From IMG/VR virus record IMGVR_UViG_3300009506_000022, positions 1 to 64,000 of that record: a DNA stretch of 64,000 bases. One strand, 5' to 3'. Shown here in pieces: positions 9,988-19,707 of this stretch (position 1 is the first letter of the stretch; the number at the start of each line of letters is the position of its first letter). Both the position numbers and the translations under genes were made by a program. Source of the DNA: a virus. The notes under the pieces are model-generated. The model ran no database searches, was not told the origin of the DNA, and worked only from the letters and a program-made list of their open reading frames with translations.

Positions 9988-10791
9988 ATGGTAAAGACGT
10001 ATCTTCAGTGGGTTGGAACTGGTTATTACGCGACAATCAGCGATTTTGTCATTGATGTTCGCGATCGTGGTCTTGTAAAGAGGCTCCCAAATATTCGAAC
10101 TGCGGTTTCTTTTTCTAAGAACGATGTAGCTGTGTTCTTGACCCACAATAACGGTAGGCTCAGACAGTGTTTGGCTTGTGCTGAGCCTACCATTTGCCCT
10201 TTGTGTCATGGCGAAGATGATGAGTGTTTGAGATGTAGAGGGCTTGGTTCTTTGGAGAAGGGAACTGGTGGATACGCAACTATTGATGGCGAGAAGTGGA
10301 CTTTTCTCCGATATGTCAAAATGAAACGAAACACAAAACATCCGTTTTGGGATAGCGAACATGTGGTTGGTGATGTTTCGTGGTGCAAGGTTTGTGGTGG
10401 TCGTGGTCAAGTTCCGCTTGGCGAAGTTTTTGGGTTTTATATTCCAGAGGAATATTGGTGTGTTGTGCGTGATCCTATAGAAGATTCTCCAGAGGAAATT
10501 ATTTATTCCAACATAAAAGTCTTTTCTAAGCGAGATGTGAAAAAAAGAGGTTTATTTGACAAGGGATTTTATGCTGTTGTTGAAAAAGAAGTTTCTGAAA
10601 GGGTTGCGAGATTGAAAAGTGAGGTTCTTGCAAAGATTGGTGATCCGCCAGTGGAGCATCTTGGCGGGTTTGTTCTTTTAGAACAGCCATTTTCTTATAT
10701 CGAAAAACAATTTCGTGGTGTGAAGAGTTGGGAACCGCCAGTTTTTATCAAGGATGAGGAAGAGAGACATCCCTTGGATGGAATAGCGTGA
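9988..10791 (+). CDS. hypothetical protein with DnaJ-like CxxCxGxG zinc fingers
   Basis: CLAC, CPLCHG, CLRCRGLG, CKVCGGRG. Confidence 0.65.
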   Translation: MVKTYLQWVGTGYYATISDFVIDVRDRGLVKRLPNIRTAVSFSKNDVAVFLTHNNGRLRQCLACAEPTICPLCHGEDDECLRCRGLGSLEKGTGGYATIDGEKWTFLRYVKMKRNTKHPFWDSEHVVGDVSWCKVCGGRGQVPLGEVFGFYIPEEYWCVVRDPIEDSPEEIIYSNIKVFSKRDVKKRGLFDKGFYAVVEKEVSERVARLKSEVLAKIGDPPVEHLGGFVLLEQPFSYIEKQFRGVKSWEPPVFIKDEEERHPLDGIA

Positions 10792-10876
10792 TGCGCTATA
10801 CTCGCCTTGTCCCTTGGCCGCCTTGTCTGGGAGTAACCCACTACTCTTTTTAGGCCAAGGGATTTTAGAGGTAAAA

Positions 10877-11377
10877 ATGATAAGCAGAAAAAACATGTTG
10901 GGGATTATATGTACTGAAGCAATTGAGTCTGATTTTGTTCCAGGCAAAATAATGAAAAAAAAATCAATAGAAGGTAAGCATATAAAAATTCAAATTTATG
11001 GTGTTAAGTTTCACTTGTTGAATGATGTATCGCTTGTCAACAAGTTTCTTTTGGATATGGTTCATGCTGCGAAGATGAGGGAACTCGATAAACCGCATGT
11101 TTACGATATCAAAGAAACATTAACAAAAAATGGATTTGAACCAGACAAGGATGAACCAGAAGGTGTAATTGGAATTGTTGTTTTGAGCACAAGTCATGTT
11201 GCGATTCATACATGGCCACATCGAGGGTATGCTGTAGTTGATTTATTTTCGTGTCGAGATTTCGAAGAAAGAGATATTACATGGCTTATCGTTGATATTT
11301 TGAAACCAACAAAAATGGCTGTTCATGATTTGAGTTTTTCTCTTGAGATGCCAGAGATTCGCGAACATGAACCCTGA
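10877..11377 (+). CDS. speD: Pyruvoyl-dependent S-adenosylmethionine decarboxylase family proenzyme
   Basis: PEGVIGIVVLSTSHVAIHTWPHRGYAVVDLFSC motif; start uncertain (10877 or 10952). Confidence 0.85.
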   Translation: MISRKNMLGIICTEAIESDFVPGKIMKKKSIEGKHIKIQIYGVKFHLLNDVSLVNKFLLDMVHAAKMRELDKPHVYDIKETLTKNGFEPDKDEPEGVIGIVVLSTSHVAIHTWPHRGYAVVDLFSCRDFEERDITWLIVDILKPTKMAVHDLSFSLEMPEIREHEP

Positions 11378-11389
11378 AAGGGTTATGAA

Positions 11390-11998
11390 ATGAGAAACTT
11401 TATTGTTGTATTAGCTTTGATTATATCCTTTAGTGTATTAAAAATAGAGGCGAAAGAGAAAAAATATTCTATGATTCCAGCGGAACAATTTGATTCAACT
11501 ACTCGTTTGTGGCTTGCGCGTGCCATGGTTGGTGAAGCTGGCTGGCTTGCGAGAAGAGATCATGTTGCAATCGCTTATGTTTTAAAGCGGCGTTGGAAAT
11601 CGATGAGGAAGCGTTGGCCACAAATTCAATTCAAGACAGTTATTCTTTCGTATTCAAAAGCTCTTGGCGGATGGAGAAGAGAATATACTGCTAGACAATT
11701 GTGGGTCAGAGACCTTGGTTTTGATTTGCATGAACCAAAAGGGTGGCCGAAAAAGATTTCATGGAAAAGCCATTCGAAGTATTGGAAATCGATTCTAAGA
11801 TATGTTGCTAAATGGGGAGATGGTAGACTTTTAGATCCGTGTAGGGGTAGGGCTTATCATTGGGGTGGGTACACCGATATTCCAAATGAAAAATTGTTTC
11901 CTATAGATTGTGGAGAAACTTTGAACACTTTTTATGGGATACAGAAAACAAACAGACAAGGAGATAACAGTGGGAAAAGAAAAAATAACAAGAGGTAA
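11390..11998 (+). CDS. Secreted SleB-like cell-wall hydrolase / lytic transglycosylase
   Basis: N-terminal signal peptide; LARAMVGEAG (catalytic Glu), AIAYVL.RR, DPC.G.A.H motifs. Confidence 0.65.
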   Translation: MRNFIVVLALIISFSVLKIEAKEKKYSMIPAEQFDSTTRLWLARAMVGEAGWLARRDHVAIAYVLKRRWKSMRKRWPQIQFKTVILSYSKALGGWRREYTARQLWVRDLGFDLHEPKGWPKKISWKSHSKYWKSILRYVAKWGDGRLLDPCRGRAYHWGGYTDIPNEKLFPIDCGETLNTFYGIQKTNRQGDNSGKRKNNKR

Positions 11999-12347
11999 GA
12001 AAAAGACTTCTCCGCAGAATGGAGAGATGCATGTATCAAGAGAGCATCGACTTAACGGCGTAACGGTTGCGAAGGACCATGGCTCTAAAGAGTTTGACCC
12101 AGAAGAACTTCCTCAAAGCTCTATTGATTCGTTAGTTGCTGAAGCTGGTGCCAACATCGAAAGAACGGTTCAGCCAGAGCAATATGAGGCGTTGCGTATT
12201 GGCGTGTTTTGTCGACTACCATGTTCTCTTGAGGACATGAAAAGTGGAAAAGCTTTCAAGGTTGTTCATGCGATGTGTCGTAAAGAACTTTCTGAACAAC
12301 TTCAGAGAGGGCTTGAAGGGCTTGAGTCTCCATTCAAACGCAGATGA
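11970..12347 (+). CDS. hypothetical protein
   Basis: GTG start with SD AGGAG. Confidence 0.55.
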   Translation: MGKEKITRGKKKTSPQNGEMHVSREHRLNGVTVAKDHGSKEFDPEELPQSSIDSLVAEAGANIERTVQPEQYEALRIGVFCRLPCSLEDMKSGKAFKVVHAMCRKELSEQLQRGLEGLESPFKRR

Positions 12348-13100
12348 ATCGACGAGATTTAGTAGCAAGGCGAAAGGCGCGCTTAGAATGTCCTGAACGC
12401 CATGATTGCGGTTTACTTTCTATTCGACACCTTGAGCCGAGATTTCGTGGGGACAAGTGGATTTGGATTTTGAAAACCAAAGAGGTTGAGCTTTCTGTTT
12501 TGTTTTGCCCGTGGTGTGGAGAAAGGTTGGAGTAGTATGAGTCCAGCGGTAGCAAAGGTCTTGAAGCAATATGCGGGCTTTCTTCTTCCGAAAGAAATAA
12601 ACGATCATTTTCCTGGAATGTCTAATATGCTTCATAGAAAACTCAAGAGTTGGTGGCAAAATATGCCAGCCAAAAAACGCCATGATTTTTTGATGAGAGC
12701 AAAGCGATTGGAACCATTATCGGACGAATATCGAGTTATTGCGATTCGATCTGGAATCATTTTGGATTGGCCGCCAAAAACAATAGTTAGAAGTCCATCC
12801 CGGGGTAGAGATGTCAAAAGAACAAAAGGAAAGGCTAAGAGAGTATCGAAGAAATCTTTGTCGAAGAAACTATAGCTTTGCGAGATGGTACGCCTTTCGT
12901 TGTTTAGATGTTTTGGCAGACAAGGTTTTTGGCTCTCAAGAGTATACAAACATGTGGGTTGAGCAATCGTTTGGAGAACAGATTGTTGATCTCGACCATA
13001 AAACATGTCTTGAGTTGATTTCGATGTGTAGAGAAGAGTTTCGCAGACATCAAAGGAAAACAAAGTTCTATGATATGATTCCAAAGAAGAGGGGTAGCAG

Positions 13101-13823
13101 ATGATTCCTATGGTCTCTTTGAACGAAGATAGACGATCGAAAAAGAAACATTTCGAGACTGAGGGTGAACTGTGTGACTATTTTTCTTCTATTGCAAAAG
13201 CGAATGGTTGGAAAGTGTTTCCAGAGGTTGATGGTTGGGATCTTGTTCTATTTGATGGCGAAGTTCAGATTGGCGTGGAAGCAAAGTTGAGAAGTAACAT
13301 TCAGCTGTTGGGTCAAGTGATGCGTAGAACAAGAACTCTTACTGGGTATAAGCAATATGGTTCTTGTCCAGATTATCGAGCGGTGTTGGTTCCAAAGATA
13401 ACTGCTGGAATAGTTGATGTTTGTTTTCATCTTAGGATTGTGCTTTTTACTTCTGGAACTCGGTTTATTCAGCTCAATCCTTTGTTCAACCTAAAGACAA
13501 AGAAACATTTAGTTCTTCCATCTGTTCCGTTGCAGAGTGGTGGGGGTCGCCCATCACCAAAAGTGTTGTCTCAATGGCGAGAGAAATCTTTGAGGTTGTG
13601 TATTCGGTTGAGACGAGACGGTTTTGTGACGGGGAAAGATTTCGATGAGTTGGGTCTTCATCGCCAAAATTGGGTGAAGTCTTGGCTTGACCGCGATGGG
13701 AAGGTTGGCCGGCATGCGAGGTATGTGCTTAGACCTGGCGTGACCCTTCCAGATGATGGATATGAGAGAGAGCGCGACATGATTGCTGAGGTCGACAAGA
13801 ACAGAAAGGAAATGGGGTTATGA
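13101..13823 (+). CDS. PD-(D/E)xK nuclease-like hypothetical protein
   Basis: E..L...VFPEVDGWDLVL....IGVEAK motif. Confidence 0.55.
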   Translation: MIPMVSLNEDRRSKKKHFETEGELCDYFSSIAKANGWKVFPEVDGWDLVLFDGEVQIGVEAKLRSNIQLLGQVMRRTRTLTGYKQYGSCPDYRAVLVPKITAGIVDVCFHLRIVLFTSGTRFIQLNPLFNLKTKKHLVLPSVPLQSGGGRPSPKVLSQWREKSLRLCIRLRRDGFVTGKDFDELGLHRQNWVKSWLDRDGKVGRHARYVLRPGVTLPDDGYERERDMIAEVDKNRKEMGL

Positions 13824-14364
13824 AACATGAGCTCGAGGGTACAGAGGTTTGGTGTCAAGCTCAAGGTTGTTCTAGTCGAGTTATGTGGGGTTCGCGCGAA
13901 TGGACTGCGAAATGGGTCAGTGTGTGGGTAGAGTCAGAGAGACGTTCTTTTGATTCGTGTTCCAATGAGTGTACGAAAAAAATCGAGAAAGGGAGATATG
14001 TCAAGGAAAAGAAAATCGACCAAAATGTTCAGACGGGTTGAGCTTGAGAATCTATTCGACAAAGACATTGTAAGAAAATGTGTCGATGTCGCGAACAAGT
14101 GTGGCCTTGAAGGCTTACGGGTTCTGGAGATTGGATTTGAGCGAGTTGACGAGAAAGACTTTGGCCTTCTCATGGTAGAACCTGTTTCTGAAGCGAATCT
14201 TCGCGAACCCGTCAAATCGGCGATTCTAGACGATTAAATTTTGGGCGATGAAAGATATGGCTGCAATCGGGTTTGTGGAACCCAGCTAATCCTGGTTATG
14301 GTTCTGAAGCTAGAACCGCAGTTGTTTTGTTGATCGCGAAAAACGCAACGGTGCTGTTTGGCGG

Positions 14365-14393
14365 TTGACAAAACTTGAAGGCAACTAAACAAT
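14365..14393 (+). promoter_or_regulatory. putative sigma70-like promoter
   Basis: TTGACA-N17-AACAAT upstream of the strong-SD gene at 14429. Confidence 0.4.
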
Positions 14394-14428
14394 GTGTAAT
14401 CACACAAATAACCATTTTGGAGGAAACA

Positions 14429-15058
14429 ATGTATGAAGATGAGCGTTTTGAGACGCGAGATGTGTTTGTTGAACTTACAGATGAACAACGCCAGGAGCGC
14501 GCCAAGCAATATGTTCATTGCGACAATCAGATTGAAAAGTTGAAAGCTGAACAGAAATCGTCGAACGATAAATACAAGCGCGATATTGGTACGCTGATGA
14601 ACGAGAAGGAAAATCTCAAACAGGCGGTTACCGATGGCCGCGAGTTGACAGCTGTTGAATGCGAATGGGTCGAGAATTTTGAGCAAAAATGCTATTTCCT
14701 CATCAATCCAAACTTGGAAGAAGATGATGACGATTACATTGTGGACCAACGCACGATGACGGCTAGTGAGCTTCAAGGCAATCTCGAGTTTTCAGAAGAT
14801 GAACAAAACGGAAGCGATGAACAGAACGGCGCTGAGGATGAACAAAACAGTGGCGAAGATGAACAGCAGACCGATGGTGATGAACAAAGCGGCAATGAGG
14901 GAGATGGCGATGAATATGGCGAGCCAGAGGAATCGCCAAACCCACAACCGCAAAGAGGGAAAAAGAAGGCTACTAAGAAAGCAGCCACTAAGAAATCAAC
15001 CGCCAAGAAAAAATCCACAGGAGGTAAAAAGAAGGGAGCATTGACGAGAGTTAAATAA
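14429..15058 (+). CDS. coiled-coil phage protein with acidic DEQ repeats and Lys-rich tail
   Basis: SD GGAGG; (DEQNGx)n repeats, then KKATKKAATKKSTAKK. Confidence 0.75.
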   Translation: MYEDERFETRDVFVELTDEQRQERAKQYVHCDNQIEKLKAEQKSSNDKYKRDIGTLMNEKENLKQAVTDGRELTAVECEWVENFEQKCYFLINPNLEEDDDDYIVDQRTMTASELQGNLEFSEDEQNGSDEQNGAEDEQNSGEDEQQTDGDEQSGNEGDGDEYGEPEESPNPQPQRGKKKATKKAATKKSTAKKKSTGGKKKGALTRVK

Positions 15059-15107
15059 AAAAAATAGAGTCTTCTATAAATAATAAAACAAAAAAAAGGA
15101 GTGTAAG

Positions 15108-15389
15108 ATGGATGAGATAAAACTTGGATATCGATATCGAGATGTGATTTCTGGCTTTAAAGGAATTGCTATTGGGATATCACATTGGTTATATGGCTGT
15201 ACTCGCGTTGGATTACAGCCAGAAGCTCTTGATGATGGTAAACCTGTTGATTCCCATTGGTTTGATAAGCCGCAACTTGAGTTTGTCGATGAGGGAATCT
15301 ACAAAAACGAGAAGCCGCTCAAAAGCGAAGAAGAACCGCTTGGCGGTCCAAAGCAAGATCCAAGCAGAAAGAAAGATGCAATCAGATGA
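15108..15389 (+). CDS. conserved phage hypothetical protein
   Basis: LG..YRD.ISGFKG......WLYGC.R..LQP pattern; SD AGGAG. Confidence 0.7.
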   Translation: MDEIKLGYRYRDVISGFKGIAIGISHWLYGCTRVGLQPEALDDGKPVDSHWFDKPQLEFVDEGIYKNEKPLKSEEEPLGGPKQDPSRKKDAIR

Positions 15390-16075
15390 AGCTGGTTGTT
15401 ACTTTCGATGGTCCAGTTGCAAGTGGTAAATCATCTTTGGCGCGCCGCGTTGCGCGCCAAGTTGGTTATATCTTTCTATCTACGGGTTTGCTTTATCGTG
15501 CGGTTGCGTATCGAGTAAGAGATTTGAATCTAGAACGCAAAGCTGAGGATGAAACCTATATGTTTGGGATAGCGATGAACTCGTCTTATTCTTTTAGTGT
15601 TGTTGATCATGAGAGTCGTTTGTTTCTTAATGGCTTTGATGTCACAGACGAATTGAAAAAAGATGACATTTCAATGCTTGCGAGTCAGATATCAAAACAT
15701 CAACGTGTGCGGAAAGCGTTGTTGCGGATTCAACAAGGTATGGGAAAGAATGGCGGGATTGTCGCTGAAGGCCGCGACACAGGAAGGGTTGTGTTTCCTC
15801 ATGCTGATATCAAATATTGGTTGACAGCCGATATTGATTTTAGAGCGAGGATGCGGCAACGCGATTTATTGAAGGATGGAAAAACCATTTCTTTTAGAGA
15901 TATCTACAAACAAGTTGTTGCTCGAGACAAACAAGACATGGAGGGTGAAACACCATCTCTTGTTCGCACATCGGATATGATAGAACTTGATACTACGAAT
16001 AAAGACCTTGATGACCTTGCGTTTGAGGTTTCCGAGAACATTCTTGGACGCGAAAAAGAACTGTGTGGTTATTGA
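15386..16075 (+). CDS. cmk: Cytidylate kinase
   Basis: DGPVASGKSS, STGLLYRAVA, IVAEGRDTGRVVFPHADIK, RDKQD. Confidence 0.95.
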   Translation: MKLVVTFDGPVASGKSSLARRVARQVGYIFLSTGLLYRAVAYRVRDLNLERKAEDETYMFGIAMNSSYSFSVVDHESRLFLNGFDVTDELKKDDISMLASQISKHQRVRKALLRIQQGMGKNGGIVAEGRDTGRVVFPHADIKYWLTADIDFRARMRQRDLLKDGKTISFRDIYKQVVARDKQDMEGETPSLVRTSDMIELDTTNKDLDDLAFEVSENILGREKELCGY

Positions 16076-16082
16076 GGTCGAA

Positions 16083-16382
16083 ATGAAGCAAATAAAGAGC
16101 AATCGTATTGGGAAGTTTGAAGTCTCGATTGAGCTAATAAACCAGTTTCCAGAATCGCTGAAAACAGTGATGTCAGAATGCATTGTGATCGGTGCTGATA
16201 TGCTGAACTATTATGGGAAAGTTGTTTACACCGCTGTTTCAGCTAGATTTGATGAAATCAAAGAAGGTGATGAGATTCCAGAGTATATTTGGGAACTAAA
16301 CACAAAAGACGGAAAGGATTACATTACATCCTGTCGAAGATTGAAAGATGTCGAAGAAGATATTGATATGGAGGATTTATAA
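16083..16382 (+). CDS. hypothetical protein (paralog of 33963-34358)
   Basis: Shared R.G....SECIVI..D...Y...S..FD....IPEY.W pattern. Confidence 0.65.
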   Translation: MKQIKSNRIGKFEVSIELINQFPESLKTVMSECIVIGADMLNYYGKVVYTAVSARFDEIKEGDEIPEYIWELNTKDGKDYITSCRRLKDVEEDIDMEDL

Positions 16383-16699
16383 TGAATATAAAACAAAAAA
16401 AATTGACACTACAAGAAGCGTTTGCGCTTATAAACGAAATGAATGAAAAAATGCTTGATATCGATGATCTAAGTATGGTGCCACAATTGAGTTTGGAAGC
16501 AACTACTCCAAACAAAGAAGATAGAGATTTTGAAGGTCGCATTATGTTTCTTGGTGAACAGCTATGGGATTCTTTTGAGGATTCTCATGATATAGATGAA
16601 ATCAAGAGAAACATTGCAGAAGATATTGTTTCTAATGCCGAGAATCTTTCTTTGATTGCGAGCCAAATCAATAAGCTGATAGCCAACAAGAAGTGGTAA

Positions 16700-16739
16700 G
16701 CGATGGGTGGTTACACAGGTTCGACTCCTGTGCATCGCA
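16700..16739 (+). ncRNA. tRNA-like minihelix (T-arm plus acceptor-like stem, no D or anticodon arm)
   Basis: GCGATG-GGTGGTTA-CACAGG-TTCGACT-CCTGTG-CATCGC-A. Confidence 0.5.
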
Positions 16740-16886
16740 CTGGTTAAAGGAGGTGCGACATGTGCCATTGAAGCGCTGAGGAGCGCGAAAACAAAAATGA
16801 CCATTCTTGTTAAGTGTGCACAAAACTCTAACGACCATGCCTGGTCACATTCGGTGGCCAGGCGATTAATAACAGGCAAGGTTGAT

Positions 16887-17342
16887 ATGGCATATGCGGA
16901 AAAAACAACGGTTCCTATCGAAAAAAGTAAAGCTGATATCGAGCGTATTTTGAGAAAAGCTGGAGCGGACCAGTTTGTTTCTGGTTGGGATCGAGAGAAA
17001 GGTGTGGGTCGAATCCAATGCAAGTTGGATGGAATCTTTCTTCAGTTTAGTATAACGGCACCAGAACCAGATAGGTTTAGAAAAACTGGTACTGGAAGAA
17101 TGCGTGATGAAGACGCTCTAAAAACTGTTTTGGAAAAAGAAGAACAGCGGCGATGGCGAGGACTTCTTCTTGTTATAAAAGCTAAGCTCGAGATGATTCA
17201 AACTGGCCAGACTACGATTCAAGACGAGTTTATGGCGAACATCTTGTTGCCAAACCAAAAGACTGTTGGTGAATGGATTGCTCCTCAGCTCGCAAAAGCA
17301 TATGAAAGAGGAACTATGCCAAAACTTCTTCCAGGAGGTTGA
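16887..17342 (+). CDS. conserved phage hypothetical protein
   Basis: YAEKTTVPIEKSKADIERIL..GA, RRWR.L.L.IKAKLE, EF.A.I.LP...TVGE pattern. Confidence 0.75.
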   Translation: MAYAEKTTVPIEKSKADIERILRKAGADQFVSGWDREKGVGRIQCKLDGIFLQFSITAPEPDRFRKTGTGRMRDEDALKTVLEKEEQRRWRGLLLVIKAKLEMIQTGQTTIQDEFMANILLPNQKTVGEWIAPQLAKAYERGTMPKLLPGG

Positions 17343-17651
17343 TGTGAAGATTGACGAAAAAAAAACATTAAAGGAACTCACAAAAAAAATAGAGAGGATG
17401 GAGTTCGAACAGCGCATTGATGGCAAGATGCGCTGTGTACGTTTGGTTATGCCTCTTGTTAGTGGTGCGGAAGCAATGCATCTTACTGGTGTGGAAGCTC
17501 AGAAAGCACAGTTGCGGTTTATTCTTTTGACAGCCGCTGGTGTTTGTAATCACGTTGGGAAGAAAAGTTTAGCCAATGAGATTCAGGGTGTTTTGCGTTT
17601 ATTACTAACCAAAATAGATGGAAACCAACAAGTCAATCCGACAAAAAACTG

Positions 17652-18218
17652 ATGATGTTTGATAGTTTTTATAGTGATCCACATTTTGGTCATGCTGCAA
17701 TCATAGAATATGAAGACAGACCATTTTCGTCTTTGGATGAAATGAACGATGTGTTGATTGCTGGTTACAACGATGTTGTCAAAGAGAACCATACATGCTT
17801 GTGGTTGGGGGATGCTTTTTTGATGTCGTATTTGCTTGCAAGGGACATCATGGATAGGCTGAACGGAGTAAAGTTCATTGTTCCAGGCAACCACGATCGA
17901 AGTCCTGCAAGCTTATCTAATATTGGTTTCGTTGTTATAACAAGAGATGTGGTTTTCAAGGTTAGAGAACGAGTTGTTAGGGCGAATCACTATCCTTACC
18001 TGAATACAGATAATAGACATGTAAAGCAGTTGACATCAAGGCAGCTAACAAGAATGAAGAGGAAGTATCCGCCGAGGATAAAAGGAGAAGTTCTCGTTCA
18101 TGGCCATTCACATGGAAAAAAAAGAAGATTTCAAAATATGATAAATGTTGGAGTCGACGCCTGGGGATATCGACCAGTTACATTCAATCAGCTCGAGAAA
18201 GAGGTTTCGAAGATATGA
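17652..18218 (+). CDS. Calcineurin-like metallophosphoesterase
   Basis: SDPHFGH, LGD, GNHD, HYP, HGHSH, INVGVDAW. Confidence 0.9.
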   Translation: MMFDSFYSDPHFGHAAIIEYEDRPFSSLDEMNDVLIAGYNDVVKENHTCLWLGDAFLMSYLLARDIMDRLNGVKFIVPGNHDRSPASLSNIGFVVITRDVVFKVRERVVRANHYPYLNTDNRHVKQLTSRQLTRMKRKYPPRIKGEVLVHGHSHGKKRRFQNMINVGVDAWGYRPVTFNQLEKEVSKI

Positions 18219-18389
18219 TAGAAGAAATCGTTCAGTGTTCGAATCCGAAAGAGTGTTATTGCAAAGGACGAAGGTGGTGTTGTCCACGATGCAAAAGATT
18301 TGTTCCTGAATGTTTTGGAGCTGCTGATGATTTATCTCACTTGTGTGATGATTGTTATGTGGCTGTTAAGGAAAAAGAAGAGGAACGCG

Positions 18390-18734
18390 ATGTCAAGAAG
18401 AGTTCAAATACGTAGTCGAAAAGAAATAGTGAAGTTACCAGAGAACACGGTTTACTGTGGGCGACCAACGATATTTGGAAACCCGTATAAGCCAGCGGAT
18501 TATATTGAACCAGTCATTCGAATGACTGGATGTGGCGATCGAGATATTTACTATGTTAGCAAACTTGCACGTTTATATTGTTTGTTAGATTACAAAGCTT
18601 ACCTTGATAAAAGGCCAGACCTGAAAGAAAAAATGAGGCAAGAGCTGAAAGGTAAGAACCTTGCTTGTTTTTGCTCTCTAAACCAAGAATGTCATGTAGA
18701 TTTGATTTTGAGGATAGCAAATGAAGCAGTTTGA
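18390..18734 (+). CDS. DUF4326-like protein
   Basis: VYCGRPTIFGNPY ... ELKGKNLACFC....CHVD.I. Confidence 0.85.
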   Translation: MSRRVQIRSRKEIVKLPENTVYCGRPTIFGNPYKPADYIEPVIRMTGCGDRDIYYVSKLARLYCLLDYKAYLDKRPDLKEKMRQELKGKNLACFCSLNQECHVDLILRIANEAV

Positions 18735-18912
18735 GTACAAAACAATCAGGATAAGAAAACGTGGCGAAGCAGCTGATATACTAAATCTCCTTGGCCAAGA
18801 GGGGTGGGAAGCTTTCGGTGTAGTTTCTCTCAACAGTGAAGTTAGCAATTCGTTTGATGTTCTTCTCAAAAGAGAGATTGTTGTAGGTGTAGGGTTCCGA
18901 AAACCTGATTGA
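18721..18912 (+). CDS. DUF4177-like small protein
   Basis: FEYKTI...LNLLGQEGWE.......LLKRE. Confidence 0.7.
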   Translation: MKQFEYKTIRIRKRGEAADILNLLGQEGWEAFGVVSLNSEVSNSFDVLLKREIVVGVGFRKPD

Positions 18913-18929
18913 AACAATAAGGGGTAAAT

Positions 18930-19355
18930 ATGGAAAAACGAGAGGGTTACGAACCAGTAGATAAGCGTGATATCGAATATCCAAGACTTCTTCCGCCAAA
19001 AAGGAAATCTGAAATCATAAAGTTGGAGATTGCCAACAACACCATTTTTTTTGGTACTGGCGAATATCAAAACGGAGAACTTGGAGAGATATTCATAGAT
19101 TTACATAAAGAAGGGACTGCATTGAGAGCAATGTGTAACTGTTTTGCGATCGCTGTTTCTCTTGGGATACAATATGGTGTTCCATTGAAGACTTATGTTG
19201 ATTTTTTCAAACAGACTAGTTTTGAGCCGAATGGTCTTGTTAGGGGTTATGACAAGATAAAGAAAGCATCATCGATAGTATCGTTGATATTTAGAATAAT
19301 CGGCAAAGAATATATCGATCCAGAAGGTTATTCAGATGAGGAGGAATCTCTTTGA
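18930..19355 (+). CDS. Stand-alone class II ribonucleotide reductase C-terminal (TSCPD-like) domain
   Basis: GEY..G.LGEIFID.HKEG..LR....FAIAVSLGIQYGVPL, FEP.G.V, SSIV..IFR. Confidence 0.85.
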   Translation: MEKREGYEPVDKRDIEYPRLLPPKRKSEIIKLEIANNTIFFGTGEYQNGELGEIFIDLHKEGTALRAMCNCFAIAVSLGIQYGVPLKTYVDFFKQTSFEPNGLVRGYDKIKKASSIVSLIFRIIGKEYIDPEGYSDEEESL

Positions 19356-19707
19356 TACTAAATAGAATAGAACCGTTTTTGGATGTTGGAGAAGTCCCAA
19401 TAAGACCAACGAAGCTGTTTGGTCAAATGGCTACTATAATGAATCAAAGCATACATGAACTCAGACACAAAGATTTGTTTTGGTTGATGCACAAGGGATT
19501 AGCCAAGGAGCTTGAATACAGCTTGGATGCAAGAAGAACTCTTTATGGTTCTGTTCATCCAGGAATGGAAGGCAAAGCAAGAGGGCTTTTTGGAATTGTT
19601 GTTCAAACATCTCTTATTGTTCAACCAACTTGTATAGAGCTTAGAAGCTGTAGCTTAAACAATCCATTTTCTGTTATTGCAATCAACGTAAAATTTGAGG
19701 TGTAAAT

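Noticed and set aside
16700-16880. Complete tRNA, tmRNA or selenoprotein gene
   Set aside because: No D or anticodon arm, no convincing tag reading frame, and the post-UGA hairpin does not clearly match a bacterial SECIS; kept only as a tRNA-like minihelix
16707-16886. N-terminal 60-aa extension of ORF 16707-17342
   Set aside because: Conserved-looking protein begins at MAYAEKT (16887); the upstream part overlaps structured RNA-like sequence
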